Part shown: one piece after another, positions 53,969-63,500 of the stretch
Layout: the number at the start of each line of letters is the position of its first letter
Position numbering within the stretch: the first letter of the stretch is position 1
Source of the DNA: Caldilineae bacterium
GTDB taxonomy: Bacteria; Chloroflexota; Anaerolineae; Epilineales; Epilineaceae
Direction of reading: 5' to 3'
NCBI GenBank assembly: GCA_020634625.1
Contig: JACKBJ010000001.1
Span: 217,276 to 281,275, forward strand
Length of the DNA: 64,000 nucleotides
Notes under the pieces: generated by a model
Seen by the model: the letters and a program-made list of their open reading frames with translations, nothing else
Databases searched by the model: none
What the model was told of the DNA's origin: nothing
Position numbers and translations under genes: made by a program

Positions 53969-56088
53969 GCGCGGGCCTTCGAGTCCGGCGCCGGCTAGGC
54001 CGTCTGGGCCTGGTGCCCATCCTGATCGCTGGCGCCCTGGGGTTGAGCAACGGGCTCGGAGCGACGCCGAGCCTGAGGGCCGAGGCCGGGCGTCTGGATC
54101 CCGTCAGCCAGCTGGGCGGACCCACCAACGCGGTCGACTGGCAGGATGGCCGCGTCTACACCAGCGTCGGGCCGCGGGTGCTCATGCTCGACGGATGCGA
54201 TCCGGCCTGGCCGATCGAGCTCGCGCAGAGCCGCCCCTTGGGCGGCGTCGTGCAGCATCTCGCAGTGCGCGACGGTCTGGTCTACGTTGCGGCGGGCCGG
54301 GGCGGCCTGGTGGTGTTGGACGCGCGCGCCGATCTGCGCCAGATCGGCCAGCTGGCCCTCGAGGGCGTGGCGGCCAAGGTGGTGCTCCAGGATCGTTACG
54401 CCTACGTCGCGGCCGGAGCGGCCGGCATGTCGGTGATCGACGTCCAGGATCCGGCAGGGCCACGGCTGATCGGGCGCTTCGTCGATGCGCGCGGCGACGC
54501 CGTGATCGCGACCGATCTCGCCATCGCCGGCAGCTTCGCCTATGTCGTCTCGCGCAACCTCATGCAGGTCGACCTTCGCGACCCGGCCAAGCCCGAGCTC
54601 GCGCGCAAGATCGAGGACTGGGCCGACGCCGTCGCCACCGAGGGCGACCGGCTCTACGTCGCCACCTCCGAGCAACGCGCGGGCGGCGAGCGCTTCGGCC
54701 ACCTCCGGGTCTACGACCTGAGCGTGGACCAGCGTCCGCCGCGGCTGTTGGCGAGCGTCGAGGTGGGCGACCGCGCACGCCGACTGGCCGTCGCCGACGG
54801 CCTGGCCTTCCACCAAGGCACCTCGCGCGTGATCGCCTGGCGCTTCAGCGAGCCTCGAGGGCTCGAGCGCCTGGGTGCCGTGGCCAGCCCGGACAGCGTG
54901 CTGAACCTGGATCCGGGCGATCGCTGGCTTTGGCTGGCGGCGGGTCCTTCCGGCCTGCGCGCGGCCCGATTCTATCCCTGGGACCGCATCGAAGGCCAGG
55001 CGCTGCGCGAGGTGTGGACCAGCCTGCCGGCCCCGGAGCGGGTGATCGTCGACGACCGCGATCCCGCTCGCATCTACGTGGCCGACGCGGGGGTCGAAGG
55101 GGGCTGGGGCCCCCCACCGCGGATCCTCGTCCTCACGATTCCAGCCCCGACCGAGGGCTCCGCACCGGGCTCCTCTGGCCCGCCGGACGCACCCCGGATC
55201 CTGGGGAGCATCCCGGCCGAGCTGGACAAGGGCGGGTTCGCCGTCCATCGAGGCTTCCTGTTCCTCGGCGCGCCCGGTGAGATCCTTCGGGTGATCGACG
55301 TGCGGGAGCCCGCCTCGGCCCGCGAAGTGGCCAGGCTGGCCATGCCCCCGGACCCGGTCTCGGGGCGCCGGGCACCGGTCTGGCGCATCGCGATCGAGGA
55401 CGATCTGGCCTACCTGGCCAACGACGAGTGGGTGCGCGTCCTGGATGTCTCCGACCCGACGGCACCGCGCCAGGTCTCGGCGTGGCGCTCGAGCGGGGGC
55501 GCGACCGATCTGGCGGTTCGCGATCGACGCGCCTATGTCCTGGGGCCGGCCACGGGCATCCGCACCAATCAGCCCAGCCTTCAGATCGTCGACTTCTTCG
55601 AGCTGGGTTCGCCGCTGGCCTTCGCCAGCCTGGGCACGATCGGCTTTCGAGCCGGGATCCAGGCGGAGCCTGGCCAGGTCTTCATCGACGGACTCCAGGT
55701 CGTCGACGTCAGCGATCCGGACGCGCCGGTCGAGACGGCGCTGGTCCAGCTCGATGGGCGCACCCGCGACATCGATCAGGCGGGAGGCTTCGTCTACCTG
55801 GCCCGAGCGAAGCCCGACGGCACCGGCGAAGTGCGCGCATTCGACCTGCGCATGCCGGGTCGCCCCATCGAAACGGCCCGGCTGGACCTGGTCGACGAGG
55901 CGCGTGACGTCGCCTTGGGGGCGGACCTGGCCTTTGTGGCGGCGCAAGGCTCGGGCCTGGTGATCGCCGCTTCGGGTCTCGACCCGGCGCCGACCCTGCC
56001 GATCCCGACGCCGACCGTTCGGACGCCCCTTCCCCAGCGCGCGTTCCTGCCGATCGTCGCGCGCGGCGGCCTAGGCCGCTGCCCCTAG
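53965..56088 (+). CDS. LVIVD-repeat beta-propeller protein, secreted
   Basis: ATG 53965 overlaps the M28 stop (ATGA). Signal LGLVPILIAGALGLS. GLVVLDARADL, GMSVIDVQDPAGP, VRVLDVSDPTAP and LQVVDVSDPDAP repeats. PT linker. Ends AFLPIVARGGLGRCP. Confidence 0.8.
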   Translation: MSAGLRVRRRLGRLGLVPILIAGALGLSNGLGATPSLRAEAGRLDPVSQLGGPTNAVDWQDGRVYTSVGPRVLMLDGCDPAWPIELAQSRPLGGVVQHLAVRDGLVYVAAGRGGLVVLDARADLRQIGQLALEGVAAKVVLQDRYAYVAAGAAGMSVIDVQDPAGPRLIGRFVDARGDAVIATDLAIAGSFAYVVSRNLMQVDLRDPAKPELARKIEDWADAVATEGDRLYVATSEQRAGGERFGHLRVYDLSVDQRPPRLLASVEVGDRARRLAVADGLAFHQGTSRVIAWRFSEPRGLERLGAVASPDSVLNLDPGDRWLWLAAGPSGLRAARFYPWDRIEGQALREVWTSLPAPERVIVDDRDPARIYVADAGVEGGWGPPPRILVLTIPAPTEGSAPGSSGPPDAPRILGSIPAELDKGGFAVHRGFLFLGAPGEILRVIDVREPASAREVARLAMPPDPVSGRRAPVWRIAIEDDLAYLANDEWVRVLDVSDPTAPRQVSAWRSSGGATDLAVRDRRAYVLGPATGIRTNQPSLQIVDFFELGSPLAFASLGTIGFRAGIQAEPGQVFIDGLQVVDVSDPDAPVETALVQLDGRTRDIDQAGGFVYLARAKPDGTGEVRAFDLRMPGRPIETARLDLVDEARDVALGADLAFVAAQGSGLVIAASGLDPAPTLPIPTPTVRTPLPQRAFLPIVARGGLGRCP

Positions 56089-56216
56089 GGTCATCCGCCC
56101 CTGAAATGATGGGGCAGGCTTCCCTGTTGCGCGCAGAACGGATTGACTATTCTAGGTCCATCGAGGAGCACTTCTGTCGCGCGATTGGGCGCAACCCACG
56201 TTGGAAGGAGCAGACG

Positions 56217-56795
56217 ATGAGCAAGGAAGTCACGACGGTCCGAGGGCAGATCATCGACGAGCCGAGCTGGGTCCACTCGCTGTTCAACGACGTGCGCGCC
56301 GGCTGGCTTTGGCTGGTGCTGCGAATCTGGCTCGGCTGGGAATGGATCCAGGCGGCACAGCACAAGATCACCGAGCCGGGCTGGACCAAGACCGGCGAGT
56401 CCATCCGCAGCTACTGGGAGAACGCCGTCGTGATTCCCGAACAGGGCCGGCCGAGCATCTCCTTCGACTGGTATCGATCCTTCATCCAGGCCCTGCTGGA
56501 CGCCAACGCCCAGACCTGGTTCGGCCCGTTGGTGGCCTATGGCGAGCTCCTGGTCGGCATCGGCCTGATCTTGGGCGCCTTCACCGGCATCGCGGCCTTC
56601 TTCGGCGCGCTCATGAACTGGAGCTTCATGATGGCCGGCTCGGCCAGCAGCAACCCGATGCTCTTCCTGATCGCGGTGGGCCTGATCCTGGCGTGGAAGG
56701 TCGCGGGCTACTACGGCGCCGACTACTTCCTGCTTCGCCGGCTTGGGACGCCGTGGCACCCGGCACTCGCTTCCAAGTCGGGTCGCAAGACCTGA
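56217..56795 (+). CDS. DoxX/DoxD-like membrane protein
   Basis: GGAAGGAG before ATG 56217. Four hydrophobic helices. WLWLVLRIWLGWEWI start typical of actinobacterial-type DoxX proteins (family call from memory). Confidence 0.55.
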   Translation: MSKEVTTVRGQIIDEPSWVHSLFNDVRAGWLWLVLRIWLGWEWIQAAQHKITEPGWTKTGESIRSYWENAVVIPEQGRPSISFDWYRSFIQALLDANAQTWFGPLVAYGELLVGIGLILGAFTGIAAFFGALMNWSFMMAGSASSNPMLFLIAVGLILAWKVAGYYGADYFLLRRLGTPWHPALASKSGRKT

Positions 56796-56821
56796 CCTGA
56801 CGCGACCCGGAACGATCGGAA

Positions 56822-56854
56822 CGAAGACACGCGGGCCAAGCCCGCGTGTCTTCG
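56822..56854. terminator. Bidirectional intrinsic terminator hairpin (15-bp stem, 3-nt loop) between convergent genes
   Basis: CGAAGACACGCGGGC-CAA-GCCCGCGTGTCTTCG followed by TTTG. Confidence 0.65.
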
Positions 56855-56958
56855 TTTGGCGTAGGGGGCCAAGCTCGCACTCGGAGGTCTGGGTTCCGAG
56901 CCGCGCAACACGAGCGCGCGCACCGAAGCGGCGCTTGGCGCAGCCGACCGTGCCGGCG

Positions 56959-57615
56959 CTAGGATTCTGCCACGAAGGCGTCGATGTCGTTGCGCACCGC
57001 GAAGGTGGCGGCCTCGATGCGGTTCCCGAGCTCGAGCTTGGCCAGGATGGTGCTGACATGATGACCGACGGTCTTGACGCTGAGCGTCAGGACGTCCGCG
57101 ATCTCGGCATTGGTCATCCCGCGGGACACCAGCTGCAAGATCTGCATCTCGCGATCGCTGAGATCGACGAAGGCGCTGGCATGGGCGGCGTGTTCGGCAT
57201 CCCGCAGCCGCTTGAGGACGCGCCGCGTGACCGACGCATCCAGGACGGCATCGCCCCGCGCCACGGCGCGAACCGCCGAGAGCAGCTCGGCTGTGTCGAG
57301 CTGCTTCAGCGCATAGCCGGATGCTCCGGCTTGGATCGCCGCCATGACCATCTCATCGTCTGAGTACGAGGTCAGGATCAAGACCTGGACCTTCGGCCAG
57401 CGATGGTGGATCTGTCGGCAGACTTCGATGCCGCTCTGATCGGGCAATCGCAGATCGAGCAGCACGACGTCCGGGGCGAGCGACTCGATCTGGCGGAGCG
57501 CCGATGCCGCCGTCTCGGCCTTCCCGACCACCGACAGGTCCGGTTCGGCGCCGAAGAGAGCCTCCAGCCCGAGCAGCACCAAGGCGTGGTCGTCGACCAA
57601 GAACAGCCGTGTCAT
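56959..57615 (-). CDS. NarL/FixJ-family response regulator (REC + LuxR HTH)
   Basis: ATG 57615 overlaps the kinase stop (ATGA). LVDDH, DVVLLDLRLPD, and HTH MTNAEIADVLTLSVKTVGHHVSTILAKL. Confidence 0.9.
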   Translation of the reverse strand: MTRLFLVDDHALVLLGLEALFGAEPDLSVVGKAETAASALRQIESLAPDVVLLDLRLPDQSGIEVCRQIHHRWPKVQVLILTSYSDDEMVMAAIQAGASGYALKQLDTAELLSAVRAVARGDAVLDASVTRRVLKRLRDAEHAAHASAFVDLSDREMQILQLVSRGMTNAEIADVLTLSVKTVGHHVSTILAKLELGNRIEAATFAVRNDIDAFVAES

Positions 57616-59054
57616 GAGCTCCCCCGATCGCTCCATGGTACGCGCAGCCGCACCAGCGTCCCGCCTCTCTCCGCGGCAAGCAGCTCCAGCGTGCCGCCGA
57701 GTATGCGCGCCCGTTCGTGCATGTTGCCCAGGCCGTTGCCCGAGTCGCCGTCCCGTTCGATGCCGCTCCCATCATCCCGCACTTCGAGCAACAGCCAGCC
57801 GTCGTCGACGCGCAAGGTGACGGTGGCGTGCCGGGCCGCCGAATGACGCGCGACGTTGCTGAGCGCCTCGTTGGCGATCGAGAGCACATGGTGCGTCGCG
57901 CGCGGACCGAGCGGGTTGGGTGCGTCGGGCAGATCGGTCACCACTTCGAAGTCGACCAGGGCGTGCAGCAGCTGCGCCGACGCCAGGTCGCGCAAGGCCG
58001 ACTCGAGCTCGCGGGTCTCATCCGGTGGACGAAGGTGTCCGATATAGCGTCGGATGTCGCTCACCGATTGATCCAGCAGACCGATGCTCTGCGAGAGGTG
58101 CTTCCGCGCCGCCCCGCCGGTATCGAGCCCGGGCTCGACGGCGCGCAGCAGCAGGCCGGCGGCGTAGATGGCCTGCAGGGTCCCATCATGGAGCTCCCGG
58201 CCGAGCTGCTCGCGCTCGGCCATGCGCAGCTTCTCCTCTTCCAGCATGTCCATCCGTCGCGCTACCTCCCGACGGAAAGCCTCGATCGCGCGGACCATGG
58301 CCAGGAGCAAGGCCAGTCCGACCACGCCTCTGAGGAGCGGCACCGGAAGGCCCGTCCGCAACTCGAAGATCTCGGCGTTGAGTCGGTTCGAAGGCCAGAA
58401 ACGAGCCCGCGGCAGGAGCAGGCAGCCGATCGGCGCGAAGGCGACCACCGACAGTCCGGCACCGCGCAGCACGCTCCAGATTCCCGGCAAGGCCAGCGGC
58501 GCGACGAGCGAGCGTGCATGCAGGCGCAATCCGTAGGCGGACAAGGCGACCGCCGGCAAGCCCAGCCCGTAGCCGGCCAACACCAGGGTCGAGCGGCTCC
58601 AATCCTCGAAGTCCAGCGTCAGGTTGAGGCTCGGCCCCACCGCCCAGAAGATCCACAGCGCGGCCAAGAGCCCCCCGATGCTGCTGCTGACGCGTGCAGC
58701 CACCACCGAGTCGCGTGCCAATGTCCGCGCGCCGAACTGATGCAGGAGTGCGAAGGCGGCCGCCAACGAGGCTGCCTGCGCGAGCAGGAGCGGTGGCCGC
58801 CAGAAGCTGCCGGATCGAACCACGTGGAGCGCAACCGATGACCACTCGAAGGCCGCCATGTTCAGCCCGAAGCCCGCCATCCACCAAAGGCCGCGCGCCA
58901 GGGCAAGGCGGCTCCCCTGTCCGGTCTGCCCGGCGAGCAGCAGGCCGAGCGCGAAGAAGACCTGACCGCTCAGGAAGTGGAATAGCGCGTGATTGGCCAG
59001 CGGCGAGTCGGAGATGTCGATCGCCCCTGTCTCATGTGCCGGCGAGGTGACGAC
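57612..59054 (-). CDS. Sensor histidine kinase (HisKA_3/NarX-DesK type) with ~7-TM N-terminal sensor
   Basis: H-box ELHDGTLQ, N-box NEALSNVARH, DDGSGI and GNGLGNM. Start GTG 59054 is a guess; it must lie below the flavodoxin stop at 59105. Confidence 0.8.
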   Translation of the reverse strand, partial: VVTSPAHETGAIDISDSPLANHALFHFLSGQVFFALGLLLAGQTGQGSRLALARGLWWMAGFGLNMAAFEWSSVALHVVRSGSFWRPPLLLAQAASLAAAFALLHQFGARTLARDSVVAARVSSSIGGLLAALWIFWAVGPSLNLTLDFEDWSRSTLVLAGYGLGLPAVALSAYGLRLHARSLVAPLALPGIWSVLRGAGLSVVAFAPIGCLLLPRARFWPSNRLNAEIFELRTGLPVPLLRGVVGLALLLAMVRAIEAFRREVARRMDMLEEEKLRMAEREQLGRELHDGTLQAIYAAGLLLRAVEPGLDTGGAARKHLSQSIGLLDQSVSDIRRYIGHLRPPDETRELESALRDLASAQLLHALVDFEVVTDLPDAPNPLGPRATHHVLSIANEALSNVARHSAARHATVTLRVDDGWLLLEVRDDGSGIERDGDSGNGLGNMHERARILGGTLELLAAERGGTLVRLRVPWSDRGSS

Positions 59055-59104
59055 GCTAGCGAGGCCGCACCGACGCGGCCCGCGCCGTGCCTCCGAACCC
59101 GCAG

Positions 59105-59620
59105 CTAGATGCCCAGCTCGGCCCGGAGCTGCCGCGACCAGGCCTCGATGCGGGCCTGGGTCTGATCGGGCTGGTTGTCGTCGTCGAGCGCCAGACCCAG
59201 GAAGTGCTGGTCGATCACGCCCTCGGACTGAACGAAGTCGTAGCCTTCGGTCGACCAGAAACCGTAGACCTCGGCGCCCTTCGCCACCGCGACGTTGCCC
59301 AGGATCCCGAGCGCGTCCTGGAAGTTGTTCAGATAGCCGACCTGATCGCCACAGCCGAAGAAGGCCAGCTTGCGACCGCTGAAGTCCATGCCCTGCAGGC
59401 CGGGAAACTGGGCCGCCCAATCCTCCTGCAGCTCGCCGACGTTCCAGGTGGGGCAGCCGATGATCGTCAGGTCGAAGCCCTTGATGGCATCGAGGTCCGC
59501 CGTCTTGACGTTGAGGATCTCGCAGCTGCTGCCTTCCGCCTTGTCGAGCTCTGCCTTGAGCGCGTTGGCCGCGGCCTCGGTGTTGCCGGTGGTGCTGCCG
59601 AGGAAGATGCCGATCTTCAC
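59105..59620 (-). CDS. fldA: Long-chain flavodoxin
   Basis: MKIGIFLGSTTGNTE FMN-phosphate loop, GCPTWNVGELQ, FFGCGDQVGY. 171 aa. Confidence 0.9.
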   Translation of the reverse strand: MKIGIFLGSTTGNTEAAANALKAELDKAEGSSCEILNVKTADLDAIKGFDLTIIGCPTWNVGELQEDWAAQFPGLQGMDFSGRKLAFFGCGDQVGYLNNFQDALGILGNVAVAKGAEVYGFWSTEGYDFVQSEGVIDQHFLGLALDDDNQPDQTQARIEAWSRQLRAELGI

Positions 59621-59648
59621 GAAATGCTCCTGGTGCTTGCGCTGGAAT

Positions 59649-60305
59649 CTAGGCGTCGCGGGCAGCTCGGGCCGCGGCTCGCGCCACGATCATCGCGCGC
59701 AGCTTGTCCTTGAGGGGATCCGGGATCAAGCTCCCTCCACGCTTCGGACCGCTGGCTCGCTTCGGACCGGCATCCGCCTCGACCACATCGGCGCTGACCA
59801 CGAAGGCCGACTCGTCGCCCTCGATGGCCTCGATCTCGTTGATGACCTCACGAACTCCGGGCACGCTGGCGGCCATCGCCCCGATCCGCTCGCGCAGGGC
59901 ATCGGCCTCGGCTTGGGTCGCGGCGAAGAGCCGTCCCCCGAGCACGACGCTGCCCGACTGCGCCGTCACGGTGACCTTGTCCGTCGTGACCTCGATCTCG
60001 GGATCCAAGGCCATCCGCATGGCGACGTCGCGCTCGATCTCCGGATCGGCGACCAGCCGGTTGACCACCCGAACCACGCCGGGCACGTCCAGGGCCAGGC
60101 GGGTCGCGATCGACTTGATGATCGCGCTGCGGACATTGCCGTCGAGGTGGACCACACCGTCGTCTGCGCTGACATCGATCCGGGTGTTGGTCTGGCGGAT
60201 CGGGTCGTAGCGCCAGAGCGCACCTTCGACCGCCGTGGCCAGGCCGCGCGCCAGGTGCTCGCTTGGATGCTCGATGAGATGCCGCTGGGGCATGACGACG
60301 CTCAT
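59649..60305 (-). CDS. BON-domain protein (two BON domains)
   Basis: ATG 60305. Two units of the form V.V....G.V.L.G.V.......A......VPGV..V.N.I. Confidence 0.75.
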   Translation of the reverse strand: MSVVMPQRHLIEHPSEHLARGLATAVEGALWRYDPIRQTNTRIDVSADDGVVHLDGNVRSAIIKSIATRLALDVPGVVRVVNRLVADPEIERDVAMRMALDPEIEVTTDKVTVTAQSGSVVLGGRLFAATQAEADALRERIGAMAASVPGVREVINEIEAIEGDESAFVVSADVVEADAGPKRASGPKRGGSLIPDPLKDKLRAMIVARAAARAARDA

Positions 60306-60399
60306 GGGGTCGTGTCCTGTCTCGGGGAGCGGCCGGGGCCGCAGGGGCTGCACCAGCTAAGTCGTCGCTCTCCCCCGCGTCGGGGCGAGGACGCGCGAT

Positions 60400-60428
60400 A
60401 GTATAACCCGGTTGTCGGGAACGCTCAA
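60400..60428 (-). promoter_or_regulatory. Putative sigma70-like promoter TTGAGC-17 nt-TATACT for the BON-fldA-kinase-regulator unit
   Basis: Minus-strand hexamers at 60428..60423 and 60405..60400, read directly. About 90 nt upstream of ATG 60305. Confidence 0.4.
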
Positions 60429-60513
60429 GCCCACCGGTCACCACCTTCGACCTTGCCCGGCAGCCGCCGCCATGGGCTGCCACAACGCCGACAGCGGTCG
60501 GCCGGGGTGACGG

Positions 60514-63500
60514 CTAGCGACGGCCCCAGAACAGCCCGGCGTCGCAGGGAATCTCGGCGGCGATGCTCTCGTAGATGCGGCGCAGGTCGCCCACCTGGGG
60601 TGCCAGGAAGGCCATCGCTGGCCGGCAGGCCAGACGCCGCAACAGCTGGAAATCGACGGCCTCGGCGTCACCGAGGCCGATCGCGTACACCTGGACCCCG
60701 GCCTCGCACATCCGCCCACCCAGGTCCAGGATGGCCGACTGGCCATCCGGCTGCTGACCATCCGTGAGCAGGATCAGCGCGGGCGTGGCATCCGGCCGCC
60801 GTCGTGAGGAGCGCAGCTCGTCGTAGGCCGCTGCCAGTCCTTGATCGATGGCGGTGCCCTGTCGGGTGCCCAGGGCGTCGATGGCCGCACGGAGTGCCGT
60901 CAGGTCGGAGCCAAGCGGGCTGGCCAGTCGCGCCTCGTGGTCGAAGGCCACCAGGGCGACCCGATCGCGAGCCGGCTGCATGAGGTCGACGAAGGCCTTG
61001 GCGGCTTCCTTGGCCGCCGTCAGCTTGGCGCCGCGCATGCTGCTCGAGACATCCAGAACGAGCACGGCATCGGTCGATCGCTGCTCGGGCACGCAGATCT
61101 CGTGCAGGAGCAGCGGCAGGTACAGTGCCGCCGGCTCGGGTGTCGGCGTAGCGGTCGGGCTCGGGCTGGGCGTCGGCGTCGGCGCGATCACCTGGACGCG
61201 AGGCACGGGGAAGGTGATCCGATCGGGCTGGCCGAAGCCATCGATCAGGTCGGCGACCGCCTGGACGTTGGTCGGCCAGTCCCCGGTCGCCTGCGGCTCG
61301 ACCGAGAAGCGCAGGTCGAAGCCGGCGAAGGGTACGTCGGCCAGCTGCCACTCCAAGATCCGGCTGCTGGGATCCCAGCTGGCCGCTGGCACGGCGCTGC
61401 CGGGCACGAAGCGCATGTTGGCGGGAATCTCGTCTCTTACGATCGCGCGCTCGAAGAGCCGCGTCGCCGCAACGCGGCGTGCGATGGCATCCAGAACGTC
61501 GAAGAGGAAGGTCGGCTCCTCCGAGACATAGCTGTGGTCGGGCGAGCTGGCGATGGCTTCGATCAGGGCGCGATCCTCGGCCAGCGTGCTGGTGCCGACC
61601 GTGAACAGCTCGACGCCGGCCTGCTTGATCCGATCGGCGGCGGCCAGAGCCGGCGCCGCCTCCGAGCGTCCGTCCGAAAGCAGGATGAAGATCGTCCCGA
61701 CGCCGGGTCGGCGGCTGGCCTGCCAGGTGTCGAAAGCGAGCTCGAGACCGAGGTCGATGCGGGAGGCGCCAAAGGGACGCAGGCCGCGCAGCGAACGCCA
61801 GAGGTCGGACTCGTCGTCGGTCAGCGGGCTGACCAGCTGGGCGGACTGGCTGAAGGACACCAGCCCGACGCGCGAGCGGTTCAGATCCAGGGCCCGGGTG
61901 AAGTCGAGCGCCGCCTGCTGCACCAGCCGGATCCGCTCGCCGGCCATCGAGCCGCTGGCGTCGAGCACCAGCATGACGTCGAGCGCCGGCAGCCGACGCT
62001 GGGCGCACTCGCCCTCGGCCAGAAGTCGGATCTCGACCGGCTGGCCGAGGACGACCGTCTCGGGCAGCGCGAGCTTGTCGTGCGAGTAGACGCACTCCTG
62101 ACCCAGGTCCGGGCGCTCGGGCTGCGCCGTCGGGTCCCAGGCCCAGCGGCTGACGCTGCCGGCCGCTCGGTCGATCACCAACACACTGTCGTCGGACAAG
62201 ACCGCCAGATCGATCGGGCGCGAGCTGGGATCGAGGTCGCGGCGTGAGGCATCGAAGACCCCACGCAGGCTGCCGGTTGCCGCGAAGTGCCAGATCCGAC
62301 CGGAGGCGTCCAGCAGAAGCGGCTCGCCGTCCGGCCGAAGGCCGAGGCGCTGCGCCGCCCGCCCGAGCGCGAGCGTGCGGGTGACGGTGCCGGATTCGGC
62401 ATCGACGATCGTCACCTCACCGCTGCGCCGATCGAGCACCCATGCAAAGCCCGAGGCGTCGACGGCCAGGTCGGACCAGTGGCTGGGCGCATCCGCCGGC
62501 GAGAGCTGGACCGGCGCCGACTCGGCCCCGCTCGCGCTATCGAAGCGCCGCAGCTGGCGACGCCCGATGTCGAGCCCCAGGACCGTTCCGGACGGCGTCA
62601 GCGCGAGGTTGGACAGGAACCCGGCCGCACCGCTCGGCCAACGTGCCCGCTCGGTCAGGTGCAGGCCCGTTCCGGGTGCTGCGAACCGCGCCAGCGACGC
62701 GCCATCGGTACCGTAGATTCGGCCATCCGCCGCGGCGCCGACATCGATCAGGTCGCCGTCCAACCACTGCCCGATCGGCGTTCCGTCCGATCGCAGACGC
62801 TGAACCCTCAGCGTCCGATCGAGCACCAGCAGCGCATCGTCGAGCCCCATCGTGATTCGGTCGGGGCCCCGGTTTAGACCGAGCGGGTGCGGGAGCGCGC
62901 CGACTCGCTCCGGCGTCGCCGTGCGAGCGGTGCGGCTGTCGAAGACGAGGAGCTCGCTCAACGCGGCGCTGAATCCGGTCCAGGCCGCAAAGAGCCGGTC
63001 GCCCGGTCCCAGCGCCACCGCCGAAAGCGTGCCCACCGCGTTCAGCGCGCCGAGGCTCGTGCGCTCCTCGCTGTACATCAGGCCCTGGTTGGTCGCCAAC
63101 CAGAAGGCGCGCAACGAAGGTCGGTTCGGCACGGCCATCACGGCGACATCCAAGAGGCGGGCGCTGCCGGCGAAGCCTTCATGAACGCTGGCGAGCTTGC
63201 CGATAGCGTTGAGCTTCAATAGGCGCGCGGCCCGCGTATCGATCACGTAGACGTTGCCGTCCGCGTCGATGTCCATGCCGCCCAGGAGCGAAGCGCCCGG
63301 CTGGGGGTCGAGCACCTGCCAGGTCTCCAGCACGCCGCCGTCGGCGTCGAAGCGATGGATCTGTCCGCTGGACGCGGAGCTGACGTGCACCGTGCCGTTG
63401 GCTGACACGGCCACGCCCTGTGCGCCGTCGATGCCGATCTGGCTGCGCAACCAGACGCCGGCCATGGTATAGACCAGGAGCGCGTCTCGCGCGCCGTCGA

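Noticed and set aside
47747-62247. Other long antisense ORFs (47747..49936, 50485..51150, 51794..53851, 53995..55947, 60668..62095, 60841..62247)
   Set aside because: Each lies opposite a gene with clear family motifs (VanW, PPK2, sortase/M28, LVIVD, NHL-vWA) and has a shadow-ORF composition.
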